Shown: positions 11,162 to 22,920 of the stretch, piece by piece
Layout: every line of letters starts with the position of its first letter
How positions within the stretch are numbered: position 1 is the stretch's first letter
From: Nematocida ausubeli
Taxonomy: Eukaryota
Length of the DNA: 64,000 nt
Assembly (NCBI RefSeq): GCF_000738915.1
Contig: NW_026515635.1
Coordinates: 558,001-622,000, forward strand
Direction of reading: 5' to 3'
Position numbers and translations under genes: made by a program
Notes under the pieces: model-generated
Databases searched by the model: none
What the model was told of the DNA's origin: nothing
Seen by the model: the letters and a program-made list of their open reading frames with translations, nothing else

Positions 11162-12124
11162 ATGAAGATTGAAGGGAAAATAGTGAATGAAGTTGTGCTG
11201 AAAGAAGAAATAGGGATTGGAAATATTTCCTCGCAGATGCTAAAGAAGATTCTGCAGCGAGGAGTTGAGTTTAACCTGTTTGTGGCAGCTGAAAGAGGAA
11301 TAGGAGCAAAAACCCTTATTTCTTCGATTTACAATATATCCACATGGCCATCCAAGGTGTGTGCACACACTCCAGATCTTGCAGAGTACTTAGTTCCCTT
11401 GCAGCTTAACAAGATTACCTTAAAACTGACAATTTTCATATACCGCGGAAAGGACCCGGAATTTGTAAAAACATTCCTTGGGGAGAGAAACTCAATGTAC
11501 AACAAAAATAATATAGGACTGAGAAGGGAGCGAAAGGAAGATCCAAGGATACATGCATCACTCTTTCTTATTTCTCCATTTTCATTTAAACAGGAAGATA
11601 TAGAGGTTTTGCATGTTTTGTCTGAGCTCACAAATACATTCCCAATAATTCCGAAGAGAGACATATTTACATCGAATGAGCTGGAAGCATACAAAGAAAG
11701 GATTCTTGCACAAATAAGGCAGAACCAGATCAAAGCATCACATCTAATGCCAGATGGCCTCCAAGTGTTGTCAGTTGTAGCTAGTACATCCTTTGTGAAC
11801 GTGGGAGGGGAGCTTGTTCGGGGAAGAGAGTACAGCTGGGGAATAATTAATGCAGATTGTTCTTCGGTCTCAGATTTAAATCTTCTTACACAGATTTTGC
11901 TGACTGTTAATCTGATAGATCTGAAGAACAGCACTGTTTTCTTCTACCAGCAGTGGAAGCAGGCACAGCCAGAGCCAGATTCATTCGATATAGAGGAGTC
12001 TGACAGGGACCTCATAAAGGAAATTGAGTGCATAATTTCAGGAAACCTCAAAGAAAAGATTTCTTTGCTGGAAAAGCAGGAAAGAGAGATAGACTATAAA
12101 GTTAAGTCATTAGATTCCAAGTAA
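11162..12124 (+). CDS. Septin-family protein with degenerate GTPase motifs
   Basis: GVEFNLFV, DPRIHASLFLISP, PIIPKRDIFT, RGREYSWG (septin unique element), C-terminal coiled coil. Confidence 0.85.
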   Translation: MKIEGKIVNEVVLKEEIGIGNISSQMLKKILQRGVEFNLFVAAERGIGAKTLISSIYNISTWPSKVCAHTPDLAEYLVPLQLNKITLKLTIFIYRGKDPEFVKTFLGERNSMYNKNNIGLRRERKEDPRIHASLFLISPFSFKQEDIEVLHVLSELTNTFPIIPKRDIFTSNELEAYKERILAQIRQNQIKASHLMPDGLQVLSVVASTSFVNVGGELVRGREYSWGIINADCSSVSDLNLLTQILLTVNLIDLKNSTVFFYQQWKQAQPEPDSFDIEESDRDLIKEIECIISGNLKEKISLLEKQEREIDYKVKSLDSK

Positions 12125-12773
12125 GCCTATAACTAGTATGCGCTGATTCTGCCAATAGTGCATGCCAGGAAACACTTGCGTACACATAAAAAATCACACT
12201 GTGGTTCACTCTAAAGAATGCATATAGAGTGGTTGGTAGGAATAGAAATCAATTTGCACAAAGATTCTAGTTGATGTAATCTATGCGGGCAGTAATATGA
12301 CCTGCAATGGAAACCATACTGTTAAACCTACTTATCCACCTAGACTCTTGATATCCCTGCTGTTGTGCTTTTTAGACTGCAGCTTGCTATCTATTTTATG
12401 AAAAAATAGCACAGAGTTAAAAATAAATTTAGGCTATATCTAATGATAGTTTGTAGTGCAGCAGGCATGAAATTTTCATCAACCAAGAGTATATGGGTAC
12501 TCAGATATAACCTGAATAAATCTCCAAAATATGCATTACAGATAGTTCATTTAAATATACCTAGTGTATACGCAGTCTCTCTGTATATATGCATATTTTC
12601 AAAATGTTTTCTTATATTTTCTGGAGTCTAATGCAGCTGTATGCTTGAAATAAATAGAAGAATATATTTGGAGAAATATCTGGGGTAAAGAATCAGCATA
12701 TAATATAGACTTAGATACGCAATATAAGAAGGTTTTATCTCTATAAAAAGAAAACTGATATCAAAAACATAAG

Positions 12774-13502
12774 ATGTTATCAAGAATATACGAAAGAATC
12801 AGCAGCAAAAAGAGCTTTTTAAAGAAAAACAAAAACTCGCTTAAAAGACTAAGAAGAAAAGAGCGCCGAAAGCAGAGGAAGTACAGGAAGATAGAATATA
12901 TGAAGGTATGGAGGATGAATAATAGCTTTCAGATCTCTGCCAAAGATGCACCATGTAATAGAGTATTTAACAGGTTCTACAACCAATTCATTATATACTG
13001 GCCAGACGCATTGCATAACCAATATTATGATGCACTTGAGAAAGAAGTCTTATCGCATGTAATACCGACAAAAAATGGATATGTCGACTGCGCCTTGCTG
13101 CAGACCCCATTTAACATGCCGTCTCCAGTGGATTACTATGCCTCCTATGGGTCGCACAGGCTGATAGAGGAGGAAGATGCAGAGTCTGAGTATGGTGAGA
13201 AGGAAGAGAATTCAGACGAGTGGAGACAAAGTACACCTATGATAATTGATAGCCAAGAGATGCTTGGTCAGTTACGAAGTGATTATATGTACTCAGACCT
13301 GTCTCTGGAGACAATAAGTGAGCAGAAATCTGAGATGAGCCTCATGAGTGAATTAATGACTGCGCTTAGCTCTAGTGAAGAAAAGGGAGGAACACTTGAA
13401 AATGAACCCATGGAAGAAAGCCCACTGACAGATACTCTGAAAGAAATAGAGGCAGGCAAGGAAAAGGCTACTGTGTGCAACATATTATCACTGCTGTCTT
13501 AA
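12774..13502 (+). CDS. Hypothetical protein (basic N-terminus, acidic C-terminus)
   Basis: 242-aa ORF with coding-like composition; K/R-rich NLS-like start. Confidence 0.7.
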   Translation: MLSRIYERISSKKSFLKKNKNSLKRLRRKERRKQRKYRKIEYMKVWRMNNSFQISAKDAPCNRVFNRFYNQFIIYWPDALHNQYYDALEKEVLSHVIPTKNGYVDCALLQTPFNMPSPVDYYASYGSHRLIEEEDAESEYGEKEENSDEWRQSTPMIIDSQEMLGQLRSDYMYSDLSLETISEQKSEMSLMSELMTALSSSEEKGGTLENEPMEESPLTDTLKEIEAGKEKATVCNILSLLS

Positions 13503-13594
13503 GCCACAGTAATGTAGCAATAAATCCAAACCATTCACTTTGGTGTTGCACTCTGAAAAATTATTTGTACATAGCAGTTATACTCTTTTTTATT

Positions 13595-14128
13595 ATGGCA
13601 GACCCACTGGAAGGCCTGCTTGCAGCATATAGAGAGCTTGAGGTGGCAAAGAGCAACTATGAAAGGGGAATGATCAAGGAAAAGATACGAGGCCTGGAAG
13701 CTGCTTTAAAGGAGAATCCTATAGGCCCAGTTCAGAAGGAGCAGAGGGTAAGCAAGGTTATTGCAATAGAAGACACGCAGAGAACAATAGATAGCGTATT
13801 TCTGCTAAAAGACACAAGCGAAAGAGAGTTAAAAGTAGAAGAAGAATACGATACAGCGCGCATAGAGAATATAACCAGATGCAATATTCATATTAGAACT
13901 GCACACTCAGCGCACATAAGCCATGCCAAAGACTCAGTGCTCTACATTACAGCCCAGCAGATACGTGTATACTCGTGCTCTAATCTTACGATATACGCAT
14001 ACACAGCAACTGGTGTATTCATTGAAGACTCAGTTGAAATTCGTGTATGCGAGTATACTCCAGACACACGCCCATCATATGAGAATCGTCCTATAGTGTA
14101 TAGCTTCAATGCAGAAAGCACAATTTAA
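13595..14128 (+). CDS. Tubulin-binding cofactor C (TBCC/Cin2-like)
   Basis: AQQIRVYSCSNLTIY...VFIEDS..IRV...VYSFN matches the TBCC beta-helix with its catalytic Arg (QQxR). The ATG at 13595 avoids overlap with the upstream gene. Confidence 0.8.
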   Translation: MADPLEGLLAAYRELEVAKSNYERGMIKEKIRGLEAALKENPIGPVQKEQRVSKVIAIEDTQRTIDSVFLLKDTSERELKVEEEYDTARIENITRCNIHIRTAHSAHISHAKDSVLYITAQQIRVYSCSNLTIYAYTATGVFIEDSVEIRVCEYTPDTRPSYENRPIVYSFNAESTI

Positions 14129-14753
14129 TGGAAAAGTAAAAGAGTAAGAAAGAGGAGGATTTGGTGCAGGTATCTTGGATTCTGCTTTGTGCATGCAGTG
14201 AAAGCATAAGCACATAGAAGAACTGCATGGATGTGCTAAATAAAGGAGTTATAATAAAAGATGAAAACAGAAAGATTGATATTAGGATGAAATAAGATGG
14301 AAAGTATACTCACTCCATGCATTGTAATGGAGAAGTGAGCATGCTTTATAAAGAGCCTGACTTTAGTAATATGAAGAGTAAAGGATTTAAAGGAAAATTG
14401 CACAATTACTATTCATACAACCCAGAAAATCATTCTCATATTAAAGAGAAAGGCCTAGATAGATGGAGATGTGCATGCAATAAGAGTAATTAATTACATG
14501 GTTAAATTGAATTGTTCCTATATTTGGGAAAATAGCCAGAATGGACCTGGTCTTATTTTAATATTACACATGCATTATATTATAAAATGAATTATATTCG
14601 AATAGCCAGGTCGAAATGATCGAAAATAATAGAAAGTGAAAAAAAGACGGAGAGAGCAAGTCTATTAACATAAATATTACCTGAAAGGGATAGGATCTAG
14701 ACGTATCCAAAAAGATCCAGAAATTTTAAATACGATTGAAACTTATCAACACA

Positions 14754-15758
14754 ATGAAGATTCAAAGAACAATCAGAAAGACATTCGTAGTTGCAGTTCA
14801 CATTGCAGTAGCAAAGTGTGCCATGTATGGTGACTTTGACTACTTCAATGGAGATGGATACAACAACGCATGCGGAGGATACGCAAGACCTCAGCAAACT
14901 CTTGATGACGCATACTACTATGGCGACTATGAAAGAGTAGGAGCAGACGCAGCACAGCTAGGAATGGGCGGATGTAATGCAGGAGGATGTGGAATTAGCC
15001 AGGACACTCCAGCAATTGGATTTGGAGCTTACCCAGCTGAAGAGACATTCCCAATGCACCAAAACACATATGTAAACAACTCTTTCCCAGAGCAGGCAAT
15101 ACATAACCAGATGGGATACCAGCCAGAGAGATACGACATGTCCACTGCGTACTTCAACAATGTAGAGAATGTCAACTCAGGATACGAAGGATCCTTCTCA
15201 CAGAACTTTGCACCGGTTGCCCCAGTTGCACAGAGCTTTGCTCCAGTTGCACAGACAGGCCATGCCGCCACATGCATCCACAGTGCAGGTGTTAATGCAG
15301 GTGTTAGTGCAGAGGAGACTGAGCCCATCACAATCCTTCTTAACGGAAGTGTGCCAGTAAACATGCAGCCAACAACCATCACTCTTGGCGACCAGACATA
15401 CCCACTTTCAAACCCACCAGCAATCTCTGCCTCAGTCTCTCAGCTAGGACTTGGTGCAGCCAGCATCCAGGACCTTGACCTTACCTCGGCAACAATTGTT
15501 CCACTGCCAAGCCTGTCCAAGGAGGAGGCAGAAGCAGCCGCAGCAGCAACAGCAGCTGGAATAACAGTTGCTCAGCTAAAGAAGGACCAGAAAGACCAGG
15601 ATGCTCCATGCAAGACCAAGAAGTCTGGAAAGAAGAGCAAGAAGTCTGGAAAGAAAGGAGCCGCAAGTGCAGCAGCCCTTAAGAAGAAGAACGGTGTAGC
15701 TGGTGTATCTACAGTTGTAGCCATCGCAGTTCTTCCAATCATTGCATTGCTCATGTAG
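14754..15758 (+). CDS. Predicted GPI-anchored surface/spore-wall protein
   Basis: N-terminal signal-like segment; Y/G/N-rich then A/P/T-rich regions; K-rich KKSG repeats; terminal NG + spacer + hydrophobic tail (NGVAGVSTVVAIAVLPIIALLM). Confidence 0.75.
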   Translation: MKIQRTIRKTFVVAVHIAVAKCAMYGDFDYFNGDGYNNACGGYARPQQTLDDAYYYGDYERVGADAAQLGMGGCNAGGCGISQDTPAIGFGAYPAEETFPMHQNTYVNNSFPEQAIHNQMGYQPERYDMSTAYFNNVENVNSGYEGSFSQNFAPVAPVAQSFAPVAQTGHAATCIHSAGVNAGVSAEETEPITILLNGSVPVNMQPTTITLGDQTYPLSNPPAISASVSQLGLGAASIQDLDLTSATIVPLPSLSKEEAEAAAAATAAGITVAQLKKDQKDQDAPCKTKKSGKKSKKSGKKGAASAAALKKKNGVAGVSTVVAIAVLPIIALLM

Positions 15759-16384
15759 ACAAACTTTTCTATATCTTGAATAAAGATAATTACATACTAC
15801 TTTCTCTTTTATCTATTATTTTGTCTGCATCTGCTGCATGATTATGCATAATAGTCAGTATGTTACGAAATTTCCATGCTTCATCTTCTCTAATATTCTG
15901 GCTCTCTGGTCTCCTTTGTGCTCACTCTGAATCCATGCACTGCAACTAAGTATTTCATCTAGTATAGACTATAATGTAAAGCTAAGCAGTAAGGGATCTA
16001 TTTAGTGCATCTTCAAAAGATCACTGTGTCCTTAAGGAATAGACTAAATAGCACAGATTATTGCTTAGGAGTCTTCTTTATTCCATTTCAGTACCTTCTA
16101 CTTCTTGTACTTAGCACTGCACTAAAATAATTTATTCTTCTTACGCAAGAACTGCTTAATTCTAGCCGTACTTCAGCTTATGGAAATATGCATATCCGTG
16201 TAAATTAGGCTATATTAATTCTAGGCATTCAAGGTATAGTATACATACATGACAAAGTATGCAGTACAGGCACTAAATTAATATGGCAGTCGGGTAGATT
16301 TGTGTTTCTAGGCCATCCTGCAGGGCTGTACAGATAGAAACTGCACTAATAACTATCTATTTATTAAATTATTATTTTGCAACA

Positions 16385-19300
16385 ATGGAAGAAATAATGA
16401 AAGCAGAAGAGTGTCCGTGCATAATGAAAGAGGAATCGCAAAGAGTAAAAAGCATTGCATTCCACCCAAGTAAGAAGGTAGTAATTACAGGGCTGCACAG
16501 CGGAGCAATTCAGGGATGGAACTATCTCTATAAGACCAAGATATTTGAGCTGAATGAGCATGAAGGACCTGTCCGGGTGGTTGTTTTTCATCACCTGGTG
16601 GAGAGATTTGCATCTGCAGGAGATGACTGCCTAGTGCGGATATGGGACTATAAGACGAAGTCTGTGGAGACCGTGTTCAAAGGGCACACTGACTATATCC
16701 GATCAATTGAGTTCCATAAGCACCTTCCGTGGCTTATTACGACATCAGACGACCAGACCATTCGTATATGGAATTTCCAGTCAAAAAAACAAATTGCGTG
16801 TCTGACAGGGCATACACATTATGTGATGTGTGCCAAGTTTATAAATGATAAACTGTTTGCAAGTGTCTCTTTGGACCAAACCATCCGGGCGTGGGACTAC
16901 TCGGCGCTGATAACAAAGAGCCAGACCAGTGTTATGGACATGCTTGGTGTCCCTGAGGTTGTTCTGAAGCACGTGATGGATGGGCACGATAGAGGAATCA
17001 ACTGGATATCCGTGCAGCCAGATGGAGAGACATTTGCAACAGGAGGGGATGACAGCACAATTAGACTGTGGAGTGTGTCTCAGGATGGAATAAGTGAAAA
17101 AGACACCTTGCAGGGTCACCACAGCCATATAAGCTCGCTCTACTACACAAAGTCAAACACTCTGCTGAGTAATAGTGAAGACGGGACAATGAAAATATGG
17201 GACATAAAGAGCAGGAAGCCCATAAAAACAATCACAGTCTCAGATAACAGATTCTGGTGCATAGCCATGAACCAAGATGAAAAGATATTTGCAGCAGGAC
17301 ATGACACTGGGTTCTCTATATATTCAATTGACCTGCTGTATCCTGTGTATGCAGTAGACGGTGATGTTCTGTATATATGCAGAGGGACAGAGCTAAGTAA
17401 AGTTGAGGATGGAAAAATATCAAAGGTCATGAACATTCAGAAGGATGCACATGAGGTGTTTATACACGATGAGTCTGTAATAGTAAATTATACGAGTAAA
17501 TACGCTGTGTGTAGAGGAAGTAAGGCACAGTATAAAGGACTAGGCCAAGCAACCTTTTCTAATGGAAAAATAGCAGTCTGCACGGAGTCAGAGATAGTAA
17601 TGAGAGAGCTTGATGGGCGTGATATTGAGTCGTACACAATTGAGGCAGATAAGGTCTTTGAGGTTACACACGGCCTGTTGGCACTTAAGGGAAAGACACT
17701 ATTCAGAATAGAGAATGGAACCATAGTGCACAGTGTAATACTGCCAGAGCCATGCATGTTCGTTAGGCACAACGAGTCACATATAGTGGCAGTGTGCAGG
17801 AATAACATAGTAATTCTTGATTATGCACTGGTGCAGACTGCCCTTATAGAGGAGATTGTTTCTATAAATAGTCTTATACTGAAGGATGATTCTATTTTCT
17901 ATACTACGCCATTGCACATTAAGTTTGCCTTTATGAGCGGAGAGGGGTCTTCGTTCATGTCAATTGACGAGGCTCTGTGGATTGTGGGTGTTGATGAGAG
18001 CCAGTTCACTCTAATAGCAGCAGACGGGTCAGTCATAGATATAGAGATGGATATGATTGAGTGGAAGTTTAGAAAGGCCTTGGAGGACATGGATATGAAT
18101 AGCATTCGGGAGTGTATATCTACAGGCTCGTTGATTGGGCAGGCCTCTTTATCTTGCTTAATACGCAAGGGGTTCTACGAGGAGGGCCTTAACTATGTTG
18201 AAGACACAGGAGTGAGGCTTGAGCTGTCAATTAAGACAAAAAGATTCAAGGAGGCTCTTGGATATGCCAAGGAGCTACACTCCCCTGAAGTGTACATTAA
18301 GACAGGAAAGGCTGCAATTAATCACGATGTAGATGTGGCTGAGGAGTGCTTCAAGCTTGCAAAAGACTTTGCACTGCTTCTTCTTCTGTACATTTCAAGC
18401 GGGCAGATCAGCAAAATTGATTCAATCTTATTTGACTGTCCTGATGAGATGTACAGCGCAATAGCAGCAATTGTCACTGGCAACAAAGAAAGGCTCTGCA
18501 AGCTAATATCACTCGAGGGCCCAGCAGTTACAATAGATGCACAGACCATCTCAGAAACAGACTATTCTGCACGGTCTGACAGCGTAAAAACACAGATTCC
18601 GCAAGAAGAGGTTTATAATGAGCCTCTCTTTACATCCGAGTCGCAGGATGGTGCGGATACAGAGAGTGAAGAGGTGCTTACAATTAAAGAGCTAGATGAG
18701 GAGTGTGCAGATACTCCCATGTCTGAAGAAGAAAGCAAGGAAGAAGACAGTAATGACTGTGTGTTCCCATCGATAAACCAAGAAAGGCTTAAGAGATGCA
18801 TGCAGAATATTCCAAATGATATAAACATTGAGAGAGAGCTAATGATAGCAAAAGATTGTGTTGCAAGCGGAAAGGTTTCTGTGGGAATAAACAGCCTTCT
18901 AATAACAATCCATCACTTAGTTAGCTCAATGATTGAAAGAAAAGAGAAAAATCCCAAGGACATGGAAATTCTCAAGACTACCTCAGAGTACCTTCAAGGA
19001 CTGTTTGCAGAAAAGATTAAGAAGACCACACAGTCAGATAAAACAAGCATCTCATGCGCACTTTTCTTTGCATCGCTAAACATCTCTAAGGAGCATAAGG
19101 AGAAGCTACTGAAGTCTGCCCTTTTGACCTGCTATAAAAAAGGCAACAAGCACAGTGCAATGGAACTTGCCCAGGAGATTGTGAATACCTACAACTGCAC
19201 AGATGAAAGAATCAAAACTCTAGCAGAATCGCAGAAGCCAATGAAAGATGCGTACGTTATAGACACTAGTCTTCCCTTCTGTATAGACATGGGAGAATAC

Positions 19301-19393
19301 TCTGAGGATGCAATACAGTGCAAAATATGCAGTGCATGGTCGTCTAGCAAGTGTGCAACATGCGCATGCTGCTTTATTTCTAACCTGCAATAA
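16385..19393 (+). CDS. COP1: Coatomer subunit alpha
   Basis: RVKSIAFHP, HEGPVR, GHTDYIR..FH...PW...SDDQTIRIWN, GHTHYVMCA, GHDRGINW, RFW, GHDTG; LIGQA; C-terminal Cys cluster. Confidence 0.95.
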   Translation: MEEIMKAEECPCIMKEESQRVKSIAFHPSKKVVITGLHSGAIQGWNYLYKTKIFELNEHEGPVRVVVFHHLVERFASAGDDCLVRIWDYKTKSVETVFKGHTDYIRSIEFHKHLPWLITTSDDQTIRIWNFQSKKQIACLTGHTHYVMCAKFINDKLFASVSLDQTIRAWDYSALITKSQTSVMDMLGVPEVVLKHVMDGHDRGINWISVQPDGETFATGGDDSTIRLWSVSQDGISEKDTLQGHHSHISSLYYTKSNTLLSNSEDGTMKIWDIKSRKPIKTITVSDNRFWCIAMNQDEKIFAAGHDTGFSIYSIDLLYPVYAVDGDVLYICRGTELSKVEDGKISKVMNIQKDAHEVFIHDESVIVNYTSKYAVCRGSKAQYKGLGQATFSNGKIAVCTESEIVMRELDGRDIESYTIEADKVFEVTHGLLALKGKTLFRIENGTIVHSVILPEPCMFVRHNESHIVAVCRNNIVILDYALVQTALIEEIVSINSLILKDDSIFYTTPLHIKFAFMSGEGSSFMSIDEALWIVGVDESQFTLIAADGSVIDIEMDMIEWKFRKALEDMDMNSIRECISTGSLIGQASLSCLIRKGFYEEGLNYVEDTGVRLELSIKTKRFKEALGYAKELHSPEVYIKTGKAAINHDVDVAEECFKLAKDFALLLLLYISSGQISKIDSILFDCPDEMYSAIAAIVTGNKERLCKLISLEGPAVTIDAQTISETDYSARSDSVKTQIPQEEVYNEPLFTSESQDGADTESEEVLTIKELDEECADTPMSEEESKEEDSNDCVFPSINQERLKRCMQNIPNDINIERELMIAKDCVASGKVSVGINSLLITIHHLVSSMIERKEKNPKDMEILKTTSEYLQGLFAEKIKKTTQSDKTSISCALFFASLNISKEHKEKLLKSALLTCYKKGNKHSAMELAQEIVNTYNCTDERIKTLAESQKPMKDAYVIDTSLPFCIDMGEYSEDAIQCKICSAWSSSKCATCACCFISNLQ

Positions 19394-19926
19394 AATATGA
19401 CTTTGTTTCTTTGCCTGCTACTTTTGCTTTCTAATTTATCTTTACATACAGCGTATACCTTTGTAATTGATGCATCTATTAACTATTGGAAGAAATATTC
19501 AATACATAGGTCTGGAAAATCTTGCAATATATTCAAGTTTTATAGCTGAAGGGATATTTGCAAAAAGAGAGTATATGAATGCTTTGCATGAGAATATAGC
19601 ATGCAGCCATGCAAATGTGTGCAAGAAAGAATTGCATACTATTTGTTTTCGCAGTAATAACGGCTTTAAGTAAGTGCAAAACATATTTTTAACTAGTATA
19701 GATCTATGGGCCTTTAGAAAGAAGTCTTAATATGCATAATTGCAGGACAGCTTCATTAGCTAAAGCACTTTTAAATATGCTTTTTGCACTATAAAAAAGT
19801 CTAAATAGAACATAAATAGTCCAGCATAGCCCAAATATTTGTTCGGGTTATGCTTGGAATGGTGTATAAAATATCTTTTTCTGGTAAGATGGAGTCTTCT
19901 AAATAGTAGGAGTTCATGAAAGTTAT

Positions 19927-20307
19927 TTATTCTTGCTTTCTGAGTGATCTTATGATCATGATTATTGCAATTATAGCTGTTGCAAAAGTTGCTCCAATGA
20001 AGATTGGGATTACGTTGCTTCTAACATACCATGCCCCGTTCTCTATATAGACTGGGCCGTTTTGGGCTAAGTCCTTTGCTGCCAATTGTGCTGCTACAAA
20101 TGAAGGCTGTACAACTGAGGTGTTTATAGCATTTGCTCCAGTAACTATTGCTCCCTGGGCGGTCTTAAGAAGATCCCCGCACTTCTCGATTACTGGGCCT
20201 TTGTTGTCGTTTACTATTTGCACTGCATCTGCGGCTCTGTCACCTACAAACTTGAATGCTCCTTCTGCACCGTGGGTTATTTTTTCAATCAAATTTTGGC
20301 TCTCCAT
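19927..20307 (-). CDS. Small protein with C-terminal TM (tail-anchored-like)
   Basis: 126 aa; A/G-rich amphipathic body; TM near the C-terminus followed by RSLRKQE; CCC directly before the ATG. Confidence 0.75.
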   Translation of the reverse strand: MESQNLIEKITHGAEGAFKFVGDRAADAVQIVNDNKGPVIEKCGDLLKTAQGAIVTGANAINTSVVQPSFVAAQLAAKDLAQNGPVYIENGAWYVRSNVIPIFIGATFATAIIAIIMIIRSLRKQE

Positions 20308-20941
20308 GGGCAGCTTAAAAATAAAATTTATTTATAGTTTTAGTTTAAATGGAAAATCTGCAAATTTTTCTGCAAAATCTATTTTTTCCATTTTTTTGCA
20401 AAAAACCCTAAAAAGTAGTTTTACACAGTATACAAGCATTAAAGCCTTTTATTTGTAATATTGTCATGAGTATATAAATACGCTGGCATGCTGTAGAGAC
20501 GAAAGAACAGTGCCTCACTAAAGATAAGATCTTTTTAAGTAAAGAACTTGTATTTATCACATACTGATAAATTTGATAAATATTTTTGCTGTTGGTTTTT
20601 CTTGAGTTTTACATCTATTGCAGAGATGCATTAAGCTTATACTTAGTATCCAATCTTGGAAATAATCTTTTCATTAAAATCACTTTAGGAAGCCCATAAA
20701 GTAGAAAGAAAGTTTCTAAGAAGTAGTGATTCTGTAACTTCAGTGTATATGGATATTGGCTTTTGAGCATCAGATTTTAGTTGAAGGCTAAAGTGCTACA
20801 AAAGGCTTTAAATATATACACAAAGCCATCTTGTGTTTTTGAATCTTGTTCTTTTGTTTGTGTAAGAATGAATAATTAATTATCTATCAATATGATTGAA
20901 GAACAATTTCCAGAAATTATTCTAAATCAGCGTGATAGTAT

Positions 20942-21757
20942 ATGGGGTCTATAAATAAAGAATTAAAAATAAATATTACCAAATTTATAATGACAAAATG
21001 TATTATAGTGGAAAAGAAAAATTATGACCAAATAATAGTAGACTCAGTAGATGCAGACTCTACAGGAAAAAAACCTTTAGAAGTTGTCCAACCAAGTAAA
21101 AAGACTGTCTTTAATCGAGTATGGGATTTGTTTTGTAATTTACTGCAAGTTATTTTTATTGATATGCAGTATTGTTACTCTATAGCTTATACAGTTACAG
21201 TTCTTTTTTTTTCTGTTCTCAGGTTAAATATCCCTATTAACTATTATAATACTATATGTTATTCGAATTTATTGTATAATAACATAATGCTTGCAGGTTT
21301 GATTTTGATTCCAGGTCTCTTTGTGTATGCAGCGTGCATAGTACATCAGACGATAGACTTCACTCATTCACATTTATACAATAGAAAATCTGAAATAACT
21401 AACTCTTTCAAGTTCATGGGCAGTTTAGTTGGGTCTGGATTAGCTGGAATTCTACTGTGGAATGCCCTTTTATTTGATCAATTTTACATACTTTCATATT
21501 CTTTTATTTCTCTAAAGATAATACACACAATAATAGGAATAATAACTTTGACTAATCCTGGCGTATGGCTAAGAAAAAGAAAAGATATTTTTTTCTTGAG
21601 TGGGCCAGAAAACTCCCTCCATGTGTGTATTTTCCTATATATTTTAAGCACTATTCTTTTATCTGTGGCAGGCGTCCTTCTCGATTTTCAGATTAGAAAC
21701 TATCTAGAGGCCAAATCTGACTTCTTAAAAGGATCCCTTGTTAGATTTTTGGGTTAG
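20942..21757 (+). CDS. Hypothetical multi-pass membrane protein
   Basis: About 5-6 hydrophobic segments; the start may be the later Met (MTKCII). Confidence 0.7.
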   Translation: MGSINKELKINITKFIMTKCIIVEKKNYDQIIVDSVDADSTGKKPLEVVQPSKKTVFNRVWDLFCNLLQVIFIDMQYCYSIAYTVTVLFFSVLRLNIPINYYNTICYSNLLYNNIMLAGLILIPGLFVYAACIVHQTIDFTHSHLYNRKSEITNSFKFMGSLVGSGLAGILLWNALLFDQFYILSYSFISLKIIHTIIGIITLTNPGVWLRKRKDIFFLSGPENSLHVCIFLYILSTILLSVAGVLLDFQIRNYLEAKSDFLKGSLVRFLG

Positions 21758-21812
21758 AAACCATCTAGAGGCCAAATCTGATTTCTTAAAAGGAGTCCTT
21801 GTTAGATTTTAG
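21693..21812 (+). repeat. Tandem duplication (61-bp period) of the last codons of the upstream gene
   Basis: TTAGAAACTATCTAGAGGCCAAATCTGACTTCTTAAAAGGATCCCTTGTTAGATTTT (21693) vs TTAGAAACCATCTAGAGGCCAAATCTGATTTCTTAAAAGGAGTCCTTGTTAGATTTT (21754). Confidence 0.95.
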
Positions 21813-22920
21813 TATTTATTTGAGAACTCAACTCTTTAAATAGGTTGTTTTTAATTTAATTTTGCCATCCATCAAAATAAACTAATTAATTAATGTCATG
21901 TTTAATGTAAACAAGCACAGATTAAATTGTTATTGTGGCCAATAACATGTATTTCTTTATATGCTATTCTGATCATACAGCGTCAAGTTTACAGATTTGT
22001 AAAAAAACGTGCATTTGAACCCCCTTTCTTCTATTTTTGAGTGCAAGTTCTAAACCTTAGAACTAATAATTAATAAACTCTTTAAATGTCTTATATACTA
22101 TTACTAACTATTGATTTCTGTATAATTAGTAAACTAATGCAACAATGAAGATAACTCTAATCATTGCTGTTAATAGAGGTTTCTTTTTTAAGGGTATGCA
22201 TTCTATCCTAAGCCAGCAATTTAGATAGATATTGAGTATTTTCTTTTGTATTTTTCTGTTAGTAAACGTACTAATGGAGCCTCTGCTTTCTGTGCCAAAT
22301 TAATTATCTATTTATATTTCTCTCTTTGGATTATATTTTTTTCTTGTAAATATATATTTTCACTACCTGCTACAGTATGTATATGTCTAATTATGTATTA
22401 ATAATTAATTGCAATATATAAATAGAAAATAAGAAATAAAATATAGCTAGTTTAGTATGAACAAGACCAGTATCTTTAAAAAAGCTTAGCTATATAAAAT
22501 ACCATCGCAAGCACCAGTGTGCTAGCACAATATTAAATAACTTTGCATAGAATGCTATCAAATGCAAGGTTAGGAGATGCTATATAGTTTTTGTGGTAAA
22601 AAAATCGCTCTGTTGTTTATTATCAACGCATTACTGTAAAGGAAACAGTGTATTCTGAAAGTAGCATCTTCTAAGATCGAGTCTCTGACTTATCTTTTGA
22701 AAATACCCTTAATATGTAGACTCTCTTTTTATAAAGCTGCCTGTCTAACTAACTCTCACCATTCTATGAAAAGAGTGTATTTTGTTCTACATTTAGGCCA
22801 TTCTGCTAGCTTCTGGCTGCATCCAAAAAACCACTTTACTTTGAATTTTAAATGCCTCAAAGAGTGTGTGAAGGAATAACGTATATTCAGAATAAATCTA
22901 TTCTTTACGCACACTGTTCA

